Source: an uncultured virus (IMG/VR IMGVR_UViG_3300022555_000016)
Lineage: Duplodnaviria > Heunggongvirae > Uroviricota > Caudoviricetes
Strand: one strand, 5' to 3'
IMG/VR virus record: IMGVR_UViG_3300022555_000016
DNA: 64,000 nt
Shown: one piece after another, positions 30,414 through 40,590 of the stretch
How the letters are laid out: each line of letters opens with the position of its first letter
How positions within the stretch are numbered: position 1 is the first letter of the stretch
Made by a program: the position numbers and the translations under genes
Notes under the pieces: generated by a model
Database searches by the model: none
Told to the model about the DNA's origin: nothing
Seen by the model: the letters and a program-made list of their open reading frames with translations, nothing else

Positions 30414-33400
30414 TTAGAGAGTTTTGAACTTCATACTAGTAGTGCTCAACTTAAAATTAGAAAACTGGCTGTGTAAAAACCCCGGAGCCTTGTTAACTTT
30501 AGCCATGTCAGAGTGTTCTGAGACCGTAACTTCAGTAAAACCGTTCTTTTCTAAGTCAGTTGCTTGTTTATCAGCGCCGTCTTTAGAGTCAAACATGATA
30601 GAATAGGTCTCATCAGTGTTTTTATCGTACCAAGATACCGAATAGTAGTGCTTAGAAAAGTGGAGTAGTACGGGCAATTTTGTTGAATTGCCTAACAGGG
30701 TACGAGTGGCCCGATGCTTACCGTCAGATTCAATTACTTTACCGGTTGCTGAGTCCACAGTTAGCCAGGGACAGGAGTACTTGTTAACATTGTACGTCGG
30801 ATGCTTACCTGATTTGTAGTCAGCTAACGGTACATCCTTAACCGTATCTTTCATCTTATTGATAGTGGACTCAGTGGCAGATAGTTTTAAAAAGTCCTCT
30901 GGGTGCATTACTGTTAATAATGCAGATTCTTTCTGAGGGGTTAGTATACGGTCAGGGTTAGGGGTAGTGTCGTCAAACGTGCTAGCGGCTAGTTCAGTAG
31001 GACGGTCTAGTTTGGTGTACTGTTCAAGAGTTAAGTAGTCAGCCTTACCGGCGACACGGGCACGAATTAACAGACCACGTTTGAAGTAGTTCTTCATGAT
31101 CGGGTTGTTAATAAGTTTAACCGCCGAGTTCTTAAGATAAGGTTTACCGTCTTCTGTTATTTTAATGTAGAACGTTGGAATAGTCAGTGGATCATCGTTA
31201 GAGGTACCAGTAACTATATCCTCATGAATTATTTTACTGGCGTCGGCTAACATTATGTCGCCGTTAGCTAGTTCAACCCCGCGTAGCTCATGATCTTCAG
31301 CTAGCTGCAACAATGACAACACTGATAACCACGTCATATTACGGAAAATCTTAGCTTTAGTACCGTACCGGGTTTGGATCATTTCCACTGATTTCGAAGT
31401 GACTTGCGTCACGGCTGTTACCGGCGTTGGTAACGGTGTTGGGGAAGTAGTCACGTCGTCAACAAAGGGAGAAGGAGTCACTGAAGCAGCAAACCCGAAC
31501 CCGCCCAACTCGTCTAGGGCACCTTTTAACCCGTGCTTTTGGAGGTATTGAATGTGCAGGTTTTGGGTAATGGTGTCTTTGTCAGAGTCTAGAAGGATAC
31601 GCTCACCACGCTTGTAGATATGGAACCTAGGAGTAGTATTGTTACCGCTGTAGTTCTCAATTAGGTTCTGGTGCATAACACTACTGGAGTCACCTACTAG
31701 TATATCACTAGTTTTAAGGTCGCCGTCTACAATACCTCGTAGAGATTGGAACTTAGCAGAGTTTAGTATTTTTAGTAAGTTATCGTAACTGGGGTTCCTG
31801 TAGACGTTAACCGGTTGTCCGTGCAGAGTCATTGTCTCCAAGACACGAGCTGTGGCTTCTTGGAACTGATTATACTCTTCTAAGTTGACTGCGTAACCAA
31901 AATCGTGTAATTCAATCTTTAGACCTTGCTTAAGATACCGTTTGATTACAGAGTTTTTAAGGACAACCTTATCGTTAATTGTTAAAACAGGGTCAGAATA
32001 CTGAGTAATGTAGAAACAGTCAGACAAAGAAGTAATAGATGAACCGAAGTGATCGATTAAATCTTGATGAATTACCGGGTCAGAAGCGTTAACTAGCACT
32101 ATATTCTTTGAGTCAGTTACCAAACCGCGAAGTTGTTTGTGGGAGTTTAGCAAGGTTAGAAGCGATTCATAAGAAGGCGAGTTGAACACTTTAATGTGAT
32201 TATTACGGACGACTATTTCATCAAACACTCGGGCGATGCTTTCAACATCTGCTGTGTGTAAGGTAGGTTCAGGAGAGTCGTCGTACAGGTCTTGATAAGA
32301 TTCCAACTCGTAGTCGGTTAATGCTTCGTTATAATCACTCACTTTGTGCTCCCCTCCCACTTTTAGGCCGAGTTTAATCAAGCGTTGTAGGTACGGATTG
32401 TTAAGGACAGTTGTAGACGTATACCAGAGGGTAGGTTGATTATTGTGAGCCAGATTCAGGTATATGTTATTTTTAATACTGGCTTTATCAATAGATGAGT
32501 AACTTTTAGTCAACTCGTAATGGGTCGCTCGTTGCGAGTCTACAAACACAACATTAGTGTCAGATAACACTAGGCCGCGTAGCTCATGAGACATTGAGTT
32601 TTTCAATAACGTAGTAATTGTTTGGTAGGGTGGTGACAGGTGTGTTGGTACCGTTTGACCCCAGGCTTGAATACGGTCTAGTTTCGCCTGAACCTGTTGG
32701 TGGGCCTCTACGGACTGCGGCGATTGAACCTGTTGGTGGAATTGAACTACCCGGAGGCTTTGTTGATCTTGCTGGTCGAGACGGAGTTGTTGTGGAAAGT
32801 CAGAATTTAGAATGTCTTTATCTACTAACTTAGGAAACTTAGATAAGTCAATTTCTCCAGGTAAATCCCAGAATTGGACTGCGGCACCACCTTTGAGGTA
32901 CAACTTAAGAATAGGGTTGTTTACCGTACGAAGGTTCATAACCCGAATTATAACCTTGTCAACAGGCTTACACACGTAAAAACAGGCAATATCAAGTAGT
33001 GACCTGCTGACACCGTAGTGATCAATCAGGTCTTGATGAACTAACGGGGAATTAGCATCAGCAACAGCTATATTAGACTGATTAACTAACACACCACGTA
33101 AAGACTTGTATTTACTCTTTTCCAGAAGGGTTTGAATAGATTGGTAACTTGGGTTGTTATAAATTATAATCGAGTTACCACGAACTACAATAGTTTCAAC
33201 GGTTTTAGAAGTGACTGGGGTTGGAACTGGAGTCTGAGGTGGGGTAGTCGTCGCTAGGTCAATGTAACTATCTAGCTCGTACTGGTCTAGAGAGGATAAG
33301 ACAGATAGGTAGGTTTCGAGTAAGGAGGGAGCCGACTGGTACAGAGAGTTCGAGTCTAGAGACGGTGTAGTTACTGATGCTAACGTAGTTACCGACGATA

Positions 33401-34571
33401 ATATATTAGTGGATTCGGATTCGTTAAACTGAGCGAATATGGACCTAATGTTCTTTGGATCGAGAACTCCTACGGTGTGGTGACCGTTCTCGGTTAGGCT
33501 AATTGAGTCAAAGCCAAGGAGGTGAAGCAAGTCAAAAATGGCTTTTGAACCAGCTTTTCCAAAAAAAGATAATGTGTCGTGCCACAAATCGTGAGTGCTG
33601 TAGTGCGGACCTGACTCTTCTTGGACGGCACCCTGCTTAACAGTTTTTAACAAGGTGTTAGCGTGCTGTTTGTCAAAGGTGTGGTTGGGTGATTGGTTAA
33701 TTGCTTCTGAGAAGAACGAACCAACTGTTACGGTTTTAGGGAGAAGGTCAGCGTTGAATGTGTGAATGGCCCTAATGAACACAGGAATAATATTAGCCCC
33801 GGTGTTCTGTTGCTGCTGGTGACGGAAGTAAGCATAGTCAAAGGCTAGATGAGGGTCGGTGGTCCAGATAGGGGGTGTGAAACTAGTAATATCGGCCCCG
33901 GTACCGTGGTAGAAGACTTGATCGGTATTGAACCCTTGTGCTTTAGCCCGTTGGATTCTGGAGTCCTGTTCGGTTTTAGATTCTACCTTTCGAATCTCAG
34001 TACTTTTAGGAAAGTCAACCCATTCATATTGTTGGTCCGGATAAGACTGTAGTGGTGTAGAACCTGGGAGCAAATCTAATAGGGAACTTGTGACATTTGG
34101 GGTAGCGGAACAGGTGATGCCGAAGTCCATTTCCGTTAAATTGAAGGTCTGGGACGAACGTAATTTGTTCTTACGTTCTCTAATCTGCTTGATCGTTAGT
34201 GGTCCCAACTCGGGGTCGTGTAGCATCAACCCTGCTTCCAAATACCGCTGGAGGACGGCATGGTTTTCTAGGTTATCTTGGGATTTCAAGCACAGCGAGC
34301 CTGATTTTGTGTAGCGGATTCCACAGATGCTATAGTCATATTTACTATCAGCTAGGCCAGCATCTATTAAGGCTTGAGCTAACTCAGAGCCTAATGTTGA
34401 AAAAGAGTCAGCGATTATGAACTTGTCATTAAACACGAGAGCTACGAGTTCAGCAGTCAGGGAGTGCTTCAAAGCGGCTAACAATTCAGGACCTGTTGGA
34501 TTTTTGACATAACGTACTACTCTCCGCTTATTAGCCTTATTACCTACGAGGATTTCTTGGATTCCGGGCAT
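30414..34571 (-). CDS. Polyvalent protein: six copies of an unknown domain, an ART-PolyVal-like domain and a ParB-like C-terminal domain
   Basis: Repeated NPSY...LRG.V...D....H..L unit. FYHGT...GFDSI...PKNIRSIFAQF. SDGKHRA. Confidence 0.7.
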   Translation of the reverse strand: MPGIQEILVGNKANKRRVVRYVKNPTGPELLAALKHSLTAELVALVFNDKFIIADSFSTLGSELAQALIDAGLADSKYDYSICGIRYTKSGSLCLKSQDNLENHAVLQRYLEAGLMLHDPELGPLTIKQIRERKNKLRSSQTFNLTEMDFGITCSATPNVTSSLLDLLPGSTPLQSYPDQQYEWVDFPKSTEIRKVESKTEQDSRIQRAKAQGFNTDQVFYHGTGADITSFTPPIWTTDPHLAFDYAYFRHQQQQNTGANIIPVFIRAIHTFNADLLPKTVTVGSFFSEAINQSPNHTFDKQHANTLLKTVKQGAVQEESGPHYSTHDLWHDTLSFFGKAGSKAIFDLLHLLGFDSISLTENGHHTVGVLDPKNIRSIFAQFNESESTNILSSVTTLASVTTPSLDSNSLYQSAPSLLETYLSVLSSLDQYELDSYIDLATTTPPQTPVPTPVTSKTVETIVVRGNSIIIYNNPSYQSIQTLLEKSKYKSLRGVLVNQSNIAVADANSPLVHQDLIDHYGVSRSLLDIACFYVCKPVDKVIIRVMNLRTVNNPILKLYLKGGAAVQFWDLPGEIDLSKFPKLVDKDILNSDFPQQLRLDQQDQQSLRVVQFHQQVQSPQSVEAHQQVQAKLDRIQAWGQTVPTHLSPPYQTITTLLKNSMSHELRGLVLSDTNVVFVDSQRATHYELTKSYSSIDKASIKNNIYLNLAHNNQPTLWYTSTTVLNNPYLQRLIKLGLKVGGEHKVSDYNEALTDYELESYQDLYDDSPEPTLHTADVESIARVFDEIVVRNNHIKVFNSPSYESLLTLLNSHKQLRGLVTDSKNIVLVNASDPVIHQDLIDHFGSSITSLSDCFYITQYSDPVLTINDKVVLKNSVIKRYLKQGLKIELHDFGYAVNLEEYNQFQEATARVLETMTLHGQPVNVYRNPSYDNLLKILNSAKFQSLRGIVDGDLKTSDILVGDSSSVMHQNLIENYSGNNTTPRFHIYKRGERILLDSDKDTITQNLHIQYLQKHGLKGALDELGGFGFAASVTPSPFVDDVTTSPTPLPTPVTAVTQVTSKSVEMIQTRYGTKAKIFRNMTWLSVLSLLQLAEDHELRGVELANGDIMLADASKIIHEDIVTGTSNDDPLTIPTFYIKITEDGKPYLKNSAVKLINNPIMKNYFKRGLLIRARVAGKADYLTLEQYTKLDRPTELAASTFDDTTPNPDRILTPQKESALLTVMHPEDFLKLSATESTINKMKDTVKDVPLADYKSGKHPTYNVNKYSCPWLTVDSATGKVIESDGKHRATRTLLGNSTKLPVLLHFSKHYYSVSWYDKNTDETYSIMFDSKDGADKQATDLEKNGFTEVTVSEHSDMAKVNKAPGFLHSQFSNFKLSTTSMKFKTL

Positions 34572-34584
34572 TGTAAAAGTCCTC

Positions 34585-35190
34585 TTAATCTATGTTCAAG
34601 TTGAAAATTAGGTTATTGTGATTAGTGAGAAATTCTCGGGTGGGCGGGTGTAATTTTAACTTCAATATCTTTTTCAAGTCAGAAGGTGTTTTGAATTGGT
34701 ACCACTTATATGAGGAGGACTCAAAGTCTAAACTAATCTTTGGTGGTTTAGTGTAGTTGATTAAGTAGAAGTGGTGGATCTTGTTTTGGAATGTGAACTG
34801 GGTTAGGTGGATTGGAGGGTTACGTTTTGTTGATAGGCCGGATTCTTCCTTAAGCTCTCGGTGCAAAGCGGAAAGGAGTTTTTCTTCGGGTAGAACTGTG
34901 CCACCGAAAAAATTCAAACAACGCGGATTATTTACCTTGTTGGACCGTTTAGCTAGGCAGATTTGGTTGTTCTGAAGAATTACCGCCCAGACTCTAATCT
35001 TTTCCTGAACCATGTTGGAGTTGGCGACTGGATAGTCAGAGATAAGACCATCTGGAAAATTTGAAGAAACTACAGTTAGTGGAATCTGGTGGTGTAGAGT
35101 AATGAAACTAGACTGATCGGATTGGTTTAACAGTAGGTCAAAATCAGAGGGTGTTTTGGACATCTTAGGTGTTGTTTTCTGACGGTTCAT
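34585..35190 (-). CDS. NUDIX hydrolase
   Basis: Nudix box GGTVLPEEKLLSALHRELKEESGL. Confidence 0.85.
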   Translation of the reverse strand: MNRQKTTPKMSKTPSDFDLLLNQSDQSSFITLHHQIPLTVVSSNFPDGLISDYPVANSNMVQEKIRVWAVILQNNQICLAKRSNKVNNPRCLNFFGGTVLPEEKLLSALHRELKEESGLSTKRNPPIHLTQFTFQNKIHHFYLINYTKPPKISLDFESSSYKWYQFKTPSDLKKILKLKLHPPTREFLTNHNNLIFNLNID

Positions 35191-35259
35191 GACCTGTTAC
35201 CCATAGGTTAAAATTGTAAAATTTTTCTTCAGGAGGGTATAAAAAATTTTGGTCTGATA

Positions 35260-35267
35260 CTAATTTT
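35260..35267 (+). promoter_or_regulatory. Putative phage promoter motif CTAATTTT
   Basis: Upstream of the second TnpA-like cassette and in the same orientation. Confidence 0.5.
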
Positions 35268-35364
35268 TGTTTGAAGGGTAAAATTTTAATGGATAAAAAT
35301 GAATCAAAAAATTCAAAAAAGTAAAAACCTTAGTTCTGAGGGTTCAACTTAAGGATTTAATTAA

Positions 35365-35781
35365 ATGCCTCTCTACAATACTCCGCCTAAAGTTTACAGC
35401 GTAACAGAAACTAGAACGTCAAGCTGTCAGTATGTAGTTTCTTTTTGTGTAAAGTACCGGCGTAAAGTTCTAACTTCACCAGTTAACACATTTCTAAGAG
35501 ACTTTATAATGAATAACCAGAAGGTAATAGGTTATAAAATTATCTCTCTGGACATATTTATTGACAACGTACAAATGGTTATAGAAGTTGAACCTAAAAT
35601 TGGGATTCATAAAGTTATAACAAATATCAAAGGGAACTCGACCCCTTTGCTAATGCGTAAATTCCCAGAGCTAAAAAGTCGTGTCAGCACTGTCTGGTGC
35701 AAAGCGTACTGGGTTTCCACACTCGGTAAAGTAAACACTTTTGATTTATTCTCTTGGCTTGAAACTCAACATAAGTCTTAA
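35365..35781 (+). CDS. tnpA: IS200/IS605 TnpA homolog lacking both the HUH motif and the catalytic Tyr
   Basis: FCVKYRRKVL and WxKAYWVSTLG are retained. HUH reads DNVQM and YxxxQ reads SWLETQ. Confidence 0.8.
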   Translation: MPLYNTPPKVYSVTETRTSSCQYVVSFCVKYRRKVLTSPVNTFLRDFIMNNQKVIGYKIISLDIFIDNVQMVIEVEPKIGIHKVITNIKGNSTPLLMRKFPELKSRVSTVWCKAYWVSTLGKVNTFDLFSWLETQHKS

Positions 35782-35805
35782 ACTCTTTTAGAAGGATTAG
35801 TAGTC

Positions 35806-38064
35806 ATGTGCCCAGGTTGTGGCAGTAAAGAACATCTTCCGATTACACCTTCGGTTTCTTTAAACAAGCATAGCGTCCCTCTAGTGAGCTATGCTACAGG
35901 AGTAGCGATACCAGTTACTCCTGAGTCAAAGGAAGACTCCACTATTGAAACTCCGGTCGCTAAAGTGACTGGTCCTAGCAAAACTAAGTCTAAGCGTCAC
36001 CTTAAAGCCTTACGTATGAACAAGAAACGTACCAGGAAGGAAGTTAAGGAGTCTGTAATTCGCAAGGTTGATCATGAACCTAGGAATTTTTTGAAACCTA
36101 GGTTCGTTAAACGGATTCCTAAAAAGACTCGGTGTGGAAAAGTTGAAGGTGCTACACCTACCACGGTACTTGATAGCTTCACAGTTAATCGGGTTAAAGA
36201 TATCGGGGTTGACTCTTTGACAGAGAAGGAGTTGAAGAAACTTAATAAAGAATCACGGAGTCCTGAAGTCAACAAGGTTAAGGATTTAATTGTTGAGGAG
36301 ATTGGTAGACAAGAAGCTGCGTACGCAATAATTGATTGGAAAGAGGCTAAAAAGTATCCTTTTCTTGATATCGAATATTTTAAAGAGTTTGACACTCAAC
36401 CTTTAACTCCTTGTAGATTACATAAAGGCGGAGTTCGTAAAAATCAATGGGAGTTTAAATGTGATATCTATCGTTTAAGGGGAGTATCAGTACAAGTAGC
36501 AGGAGTTTATAGTTGCGCTAATGAGGCAATTGATTTTCTATGTACAATGTGTGGGCATATTTGGTCATCACTACCATCCAGCATGTGTAAAAGACCTTAT
36601 GGTGGGGTATGTCCGTGTTGTAAATCGGCTAAAAGACTAGTAACAGTTACACCGAATCAGCATATATTAGATGTTAAAAACGTTCATGGTAATAAATTAT
36701 GGCCTTTAGACCCATACGTAAGGTCTAATATAAGAATTCGCTATATCTGTTGTGAAGGCCATATATGGTCAGATATCCCTGGTAATATTTTACAAGGATA
36801 CGGTTGTAGGAAATGTTACGCTAAGTCTAGAACTAAAACTAACGAGCAACACATTATGAAGGTAAAAGAAATACACGGAAACACCGTGTGGCCTCTAGAT
36901 ACTTATATAAAAGCAGATATAAGAATTCATTATACCTGTTGTGAGAGTCATGTATGGTTAGCATTCCCTTCATCCGTAGAAAGCGGAACAGGCTGTAGTA
37001 TATGTTTTTCTAATAGTCGTATATTAGACCCTCAAGAAGTCTTAGAAAGACTCATTAAAGTTCATGGTAATAAATATACGTTTCTTAGTCCTTACATAAA
37101 CTCTAATACATACATAGAAGTAGTATGCAATAAAGACGGTTATAGATGGAAGGCTCGAGCCAGTGATCTACTAAGCGGTTCTGGATGTATGAAGTGTGCT
37201 ATAAGCAGTAGAGGCTTTTCTCACGAGGAGTATGTGTCTTTAGTTTTTGAAACACATGGAAATAATGTTAATGTTTTAGGAAAATTTGAAAAAACAACTA
37301 AACGCTTATTACACGCTTGTCCGAAAGGACACACTTGGTTGACTACTCCTAACTCTATATTGTACAATAAATCTGGATGTCCTAGGTGTAAAGGTTTAAA
37401 ACCTTATTATCTAGACGAGTATGTACAAAAACTTATTGATTGCGGAAATAAGTTTATTACTTTAGAAGACTACGTCAATAATTCTACTAAAATTTGGCAT
37501 CAATGTACTAAATGTGGACATAAACGTAAAATGTCACCACATCAGGTAATTAACCAAAACGTTAGTTGCATAAACTGTACTAACAAGAGTAGTTATAGTA
37601 ATGAGAGTATATCCTGGTTAACTCAAGAAGAAAAGAGACTAAATATTAAAATAAGAAAAGCTACATCACCTGATGGTGAGTTTCATATCCAAACCTGTGA
37701 AAACAGACGTAGGGATATTAGGGTAGATGGTATTTTAATAGGTAAGCTAGGAAATAGGTATAAGGTAGTTTTTGAGTACGAGGGCAGCCACGTCCACGGC
37801 GATCCAAACGTTTTCGGTCCTGATGACCAATGTAGTCCGTACAACGATAAACCCGCAAAAGTTCTTCTAGCAGAAACTTTATCCCGCAGAGATAAAATCT
37901 TAAAGAAAGGCTATGTAGTTATCTACTTATGGTCTTCTGCCTGGAAACACTACACTCATAGCAAAGCCACTATGGTCATATCTAACTACACTAAGCACCC
38001 TAACATCTATCGTAGTTATGCCAAACGCTGGGGCTACAAAGTTGAATACCGTAAATTGACTTAA
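35806..38064 (+). CDS. Six tandem Zn-ribbon repeats plus a C-terminal Vsr/PD-(D/E)XK-like endonuclease
   Basis: MCPGCG start, about six C..GH.W....GC..C repeats, RVDG...FEYEGSHVHG. C-terminus homologous to 11774..13309. Confidence 0.8.
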   Translation: MCPGCGSKEHLPITPSVSLNKHSVPLVSYATGVAIPVTPESKEDSTIETPVAKVTGPSKTKSKRHLKALRMNKKRTRKEVKESVIRKVDHEPRNFLKPRFVKRIPKKTRCGKVEGATPTTVLDSFTVNRVKDIGVDSLTEKELKKLNKESRSPEVNKVKDLIVEEIGRQEAAYAIIDWKEAKKYPFLDIEYFKEFDTQPLTPCRLHKGGVRKNQWEFKCDIYRLRGVSVQVAGVYSCANEAIDFLCTMCGHIWSSLPSSMCKRPYGGVCPCCKSAKRLVTVTPNQHILDVKNVHGNKLWPLDPYVRSNIRIRYICCEGHIWSDIPGNILQGYGCRKCYAKSRTKTNEQHIMKVKEIHGNTVWPLDTYIKADIRIHYTCCESHVWLAFPSSVESGTGCSICFSNSRILDPQEVLERLIKVHGNKYTFLSPYINSNTYIEVVCNKDGYRWKARASDLLSGSGCMKCAISSRGFSHEEYVSLVFETHGNNVNVLGKFEKTTKRLLHACPKGHTWLTTPNSILYNKSGCPRCKGLKPYYLDEYVQKLIDCGNKFITLEDYVNNSTKIWHQCTKCGHKRKMSPHQVINQNVSCINCTNKSSYSNESISWLTQEEKRLNIKIRKATSPDGEFHIQTCENRRRDIRVDGILIGKLGNRYKVVFEYEGSHVHGDPNVFGPDDQCSPYNDKPAKVLLAETLSRRDKILKKGYVVIYLWSSAWKHYTHSKATMVISNYTKHPNIYRSYAKRWGYKVEYRKLT

Positions 38065-38082
38065 TCCAGTAGATAATAACTA

Positions 38083-38120
38083 CAAAAGGAGGTAGAGGTT
38101 TCGTCCTCTACCTCCTTTTG
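38083..38120. terminator. Bidirectional terminator
   Basis: CAAAAGGAGGTAGAGG / CCTCTACCTCCTTTTG between convergent genes. Confidence 0.8.
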
Positions 38121-38146
38121 CTTTGACTCTACAGAGTATCCAAGTA

Positions 38147-38434
38147 TTAGTTAACGGCGTAGTTAGAGATACGGTCACCGGACTCAAGGTTGCTAAGACG
38201 GGCGTTTAGATCGGTAACAATCGCAAACAAAGCTGCGATATCAGCACTATCGTTTCCTGAAGGTGTGCTAGCTGGTGCTGAGGGGTTAGCACTGACTGTA
38301 CCTTTAGCAATAGCCTGTAACATATCCGAAGTTAAAAACTGAACAACAGCGCCTCCTTGTGCAGGAACATAGAAATTAGGGGCGAAACTGATGTCACTTC
38401 CAGTAAGGCTGGTTAAAGTATAAGTGGTAGCCAT
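38147..38434 (-). CDS. Hypothetical protein
   Basis: 95 aa, AAGGA RBS. Confidence 0.65.
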   Translation of the reverse strand: MATTYTLTSLTGSDISFAPNFYVPAQGGAVVQFLTSDMLQAIAKGTVSANPSAPASTPSGNDSADIAALFAIVTDLNARLSNLESGDRISNYAVN

Positions 38435-38597
38435 TGGGTAAGTCCTTTTTAAAGCCCTGTACTCTTGAGTACAAAGGGTGGGTGGGGTCTAAGAGACAAG
38501 TTAAATTCAGTCGGTCTGCGTTAACATCTCTGACTATTTAGTCCAGTTTTATTCAGCAAACCGACATTATTGTTTAGACTATGGATTAGGCTAAGAG

Positions 38598-39065
38598 TTA
38601 ACGGCGAGCTAGAGAAGACTGGATAGCAAACGCTAACGGTGACTGCACATTAGCTAGGGCTGAGTCGTAACTATGAGATTCTTCTTCCTTTTTAGGAGCA
38701 GACGCTGGTTTGATTTTGGTGTCTTTAGGTGGAGTCTTTGGTTCAGCTTTCTTGGCTCCTGTCTTGCCTTTAGCCTCGTATTCAGCCTCTAGCTCGGCTA
38801 CGTCATCATTACTAGTAGAAGAATTTTCAGTTTCAGATTCAGCTTCTTTTTTGTAACGAGTGAAAACACCGTCTAACTCGGTCAAAAATGAAGGCAAGAG
38901 GCTTAGATTGTCCGAATCCACAAGATCTGTGAAGAGCTTGGTAATGAGTCGCAAGATTCCGGCATCTTTTAAGACTGTTAGACGTGCTGCGGTGACCTGA
39001 TACTGCTCATTTTTAGCAAGTTCTGCTGTGACCATTTCAAAACGCTCTTTACCTGACATACCCAT
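38598..39065 (-). CDS. Hypothetical protein
   Basis: 155 aa with VTA motifs. Confidence 0.7.
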   Translation of the reverse strand: MGMSGKERFEMVTAELAKNEQYQVTAARLTVLKDAGILRLITKLFTDLVDSDNLSLLPSFLTELDGVFTRYKKEAESETENSSTSNDDVAELEAEYEAKGKTGAKKAEPKTPPKDTKIKPASAPKKEEESHSYDSALANVQSPLAFAIQSSLARR

Positions 39066-39131
39066 AACTTTTCATCCTTATTAAAAATTGTAAAACCTAG
39101 AAAACTGGTACAAGCTAAACGAGTAGCTACC

Positions 39132-40322
39132 CTAAACCTTACGGCTAGCGTCTAGGAGAGTAGAAAACTCAGCCATTGATATAGCAAACCGGCCAACAAT
39201 GTCATCCTGAATTACTAATAAAGGAACTGCAAAACGTCCCCTGGCTGTTTTGATATAACGGCCTAGGTAAGCACTAGATTTGGCGCTAATACCCGCGTTC
39301 TTAAACACTTTGAAAATAGAACCGCTCTTAAGTGTTACCGGACCAATTGATGACGGTTGGTTACTTTTTGTTATAGAGGTTAAAGTTACTTTAACCGACG
39401 ACTTAACTTTAAACGTTTGCTCAAAAGGAACTTTAGAGCTTTCATCCGAAGCCAGTACCTCTGACGCCCCAACTTCCTTACCCTCGTCAACACCGGCTAA
39501 ACTGGCTAAAGCAACGTGTAGGCCAGTCATACCAGTAAACACATCTCGTAAATTATCAACCATCACCCCGGACTTCTTAGCAATCATGCTTTCCTTGAAA
39601 TTACCACCACGCATAGAAGTTTTAGCGAACTTCAAAGTGTAGGTGTCATCAGGATCAAGTGTGATTGTAATACGGTTGCCACGATCCTTAGTCAAAGTAG
39701 CCGGTAGGTCCATCTGGATATAATTCTTACCCAATAGTAAATTTTTGGCCCCGGTCATAGCCAGAAATTTGTTACTTCCTAGTTGCTGTAGGATAGTCTT
39801 AGCAACAACTGAAGAGGTTACTGTGTTAACGTCAACTTCGTCTTGACCACTAGCACCCAAGGCATCCAAGTCACCGTCACCCCCGCCCTCGCCAGGAAAC
39901 CCAAAGGATTGTAACGGTACGCCTAACACATTAGCTAACTTGGTTGCAAAATCAGCGGCCTGTTGTTCACTGTTTTCAGAATCCAAACTAAAGTCACGGT
40001 AGGGAATAAACGTCGTAGCCCCGTTTGAATCTAAACCTTCAAGTGCAACGACAATTACTGACCCTTCATGTTTGATCAGTACTCCAGTAACATCTTGTAA
40101 ACTCTCAGCTTGATCCAACCGGTCAAAGGAGTCAGCTAACAAGTTTTGCTCTTTTAACTGATCGGCCAATTGAACTATTTGGTTCTGTACCACTACTAGG
40201 TCGTTGTTAGCAACCACGGCTGGCGGTTTAGTTACTCTTAGAATGGATTGAATTGTTTCTGGGCGCACTGTACTAAACCTCCACACTACCGCGCCAAGGT
40301 GCAAAGGCGCTGACTTTGACAT
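39132..40322 (-). CDS. Multi-domain hypothetical protein
   Basis: 396 aa. A central TILQQLG..KFLAMTGAK...TGL domain is flanked by low-complexity linkers. Confidence 0.65.
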   Translation of the reverse strand: MSKSAPLHLGAVVWRFSTVRPETIQSILRVTKPPAVVANNDLVVVQNQIVQLADQLKEQNLLADSFDRLDQAESLQDVTGVLIKHEGSVIVVALEGLDSNGATTFIPYRDFSLDSENSEQQAADFATKLANVLGVPLQSFGFPGEGGGDGDLDALGASGQDEVDVNTVTSSVVAKTILQQLGSNKFLAMTGAKNLLLGKNYIQMDLPATLTKDRGNRITITLDPDDTYTLKFAKTSMRGGNFKESMIAKKSGVMVDNLRDVFTGMTGLHVALASLAGVDEGKEVGASEVLASDESSKVPFEQTFKVKSSVKVTLTSITKSNQPSSIGPVTLKSGSIFKVFKNAGISAKSSAYLGRYIKTARGRFAVPLLVIQDDIVGRFAISMAEFSTLLDASRKV

Positions 40323-40331
40323 AGAAACTAC

Positions 40332-40586
40332 TTAGTCAACCAAATCTAAAATTCCGTCTTTTACAGCTTCAGCCAAAATCTGATTCTTACTCATTAACAA
40401 ACTCTTCTTAACATCCTCTGGCAAATCTGACTTTTCAATCAAAGGGATCAGAAGAGCTATTGCAGCATAATTTACCACTACTTTAGGACGTTGCTTCGGG
40501 TCCAATATTTTAGGGAGGAGCATCAAATAGATTGACGGACAAGCTTCTGAAGACATGTAGGGCTTCTTTATTGTTAGGTGTGCCAT
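40332..40586 (-). CDS. Hypothetical protein
   Basis: 84 aa, tightly packed in an operon. Confidence 0.6.
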   Translation of the reverse strand: MAHLTIKKPYMSSEACPSIYLMLLPKILDPKQRPKVVVNYAAIALLIPLIEKSDLPEDVKKSLLMSKNQILAEAVKDGILDLVD

Positions 40587-40590
40587 TACG

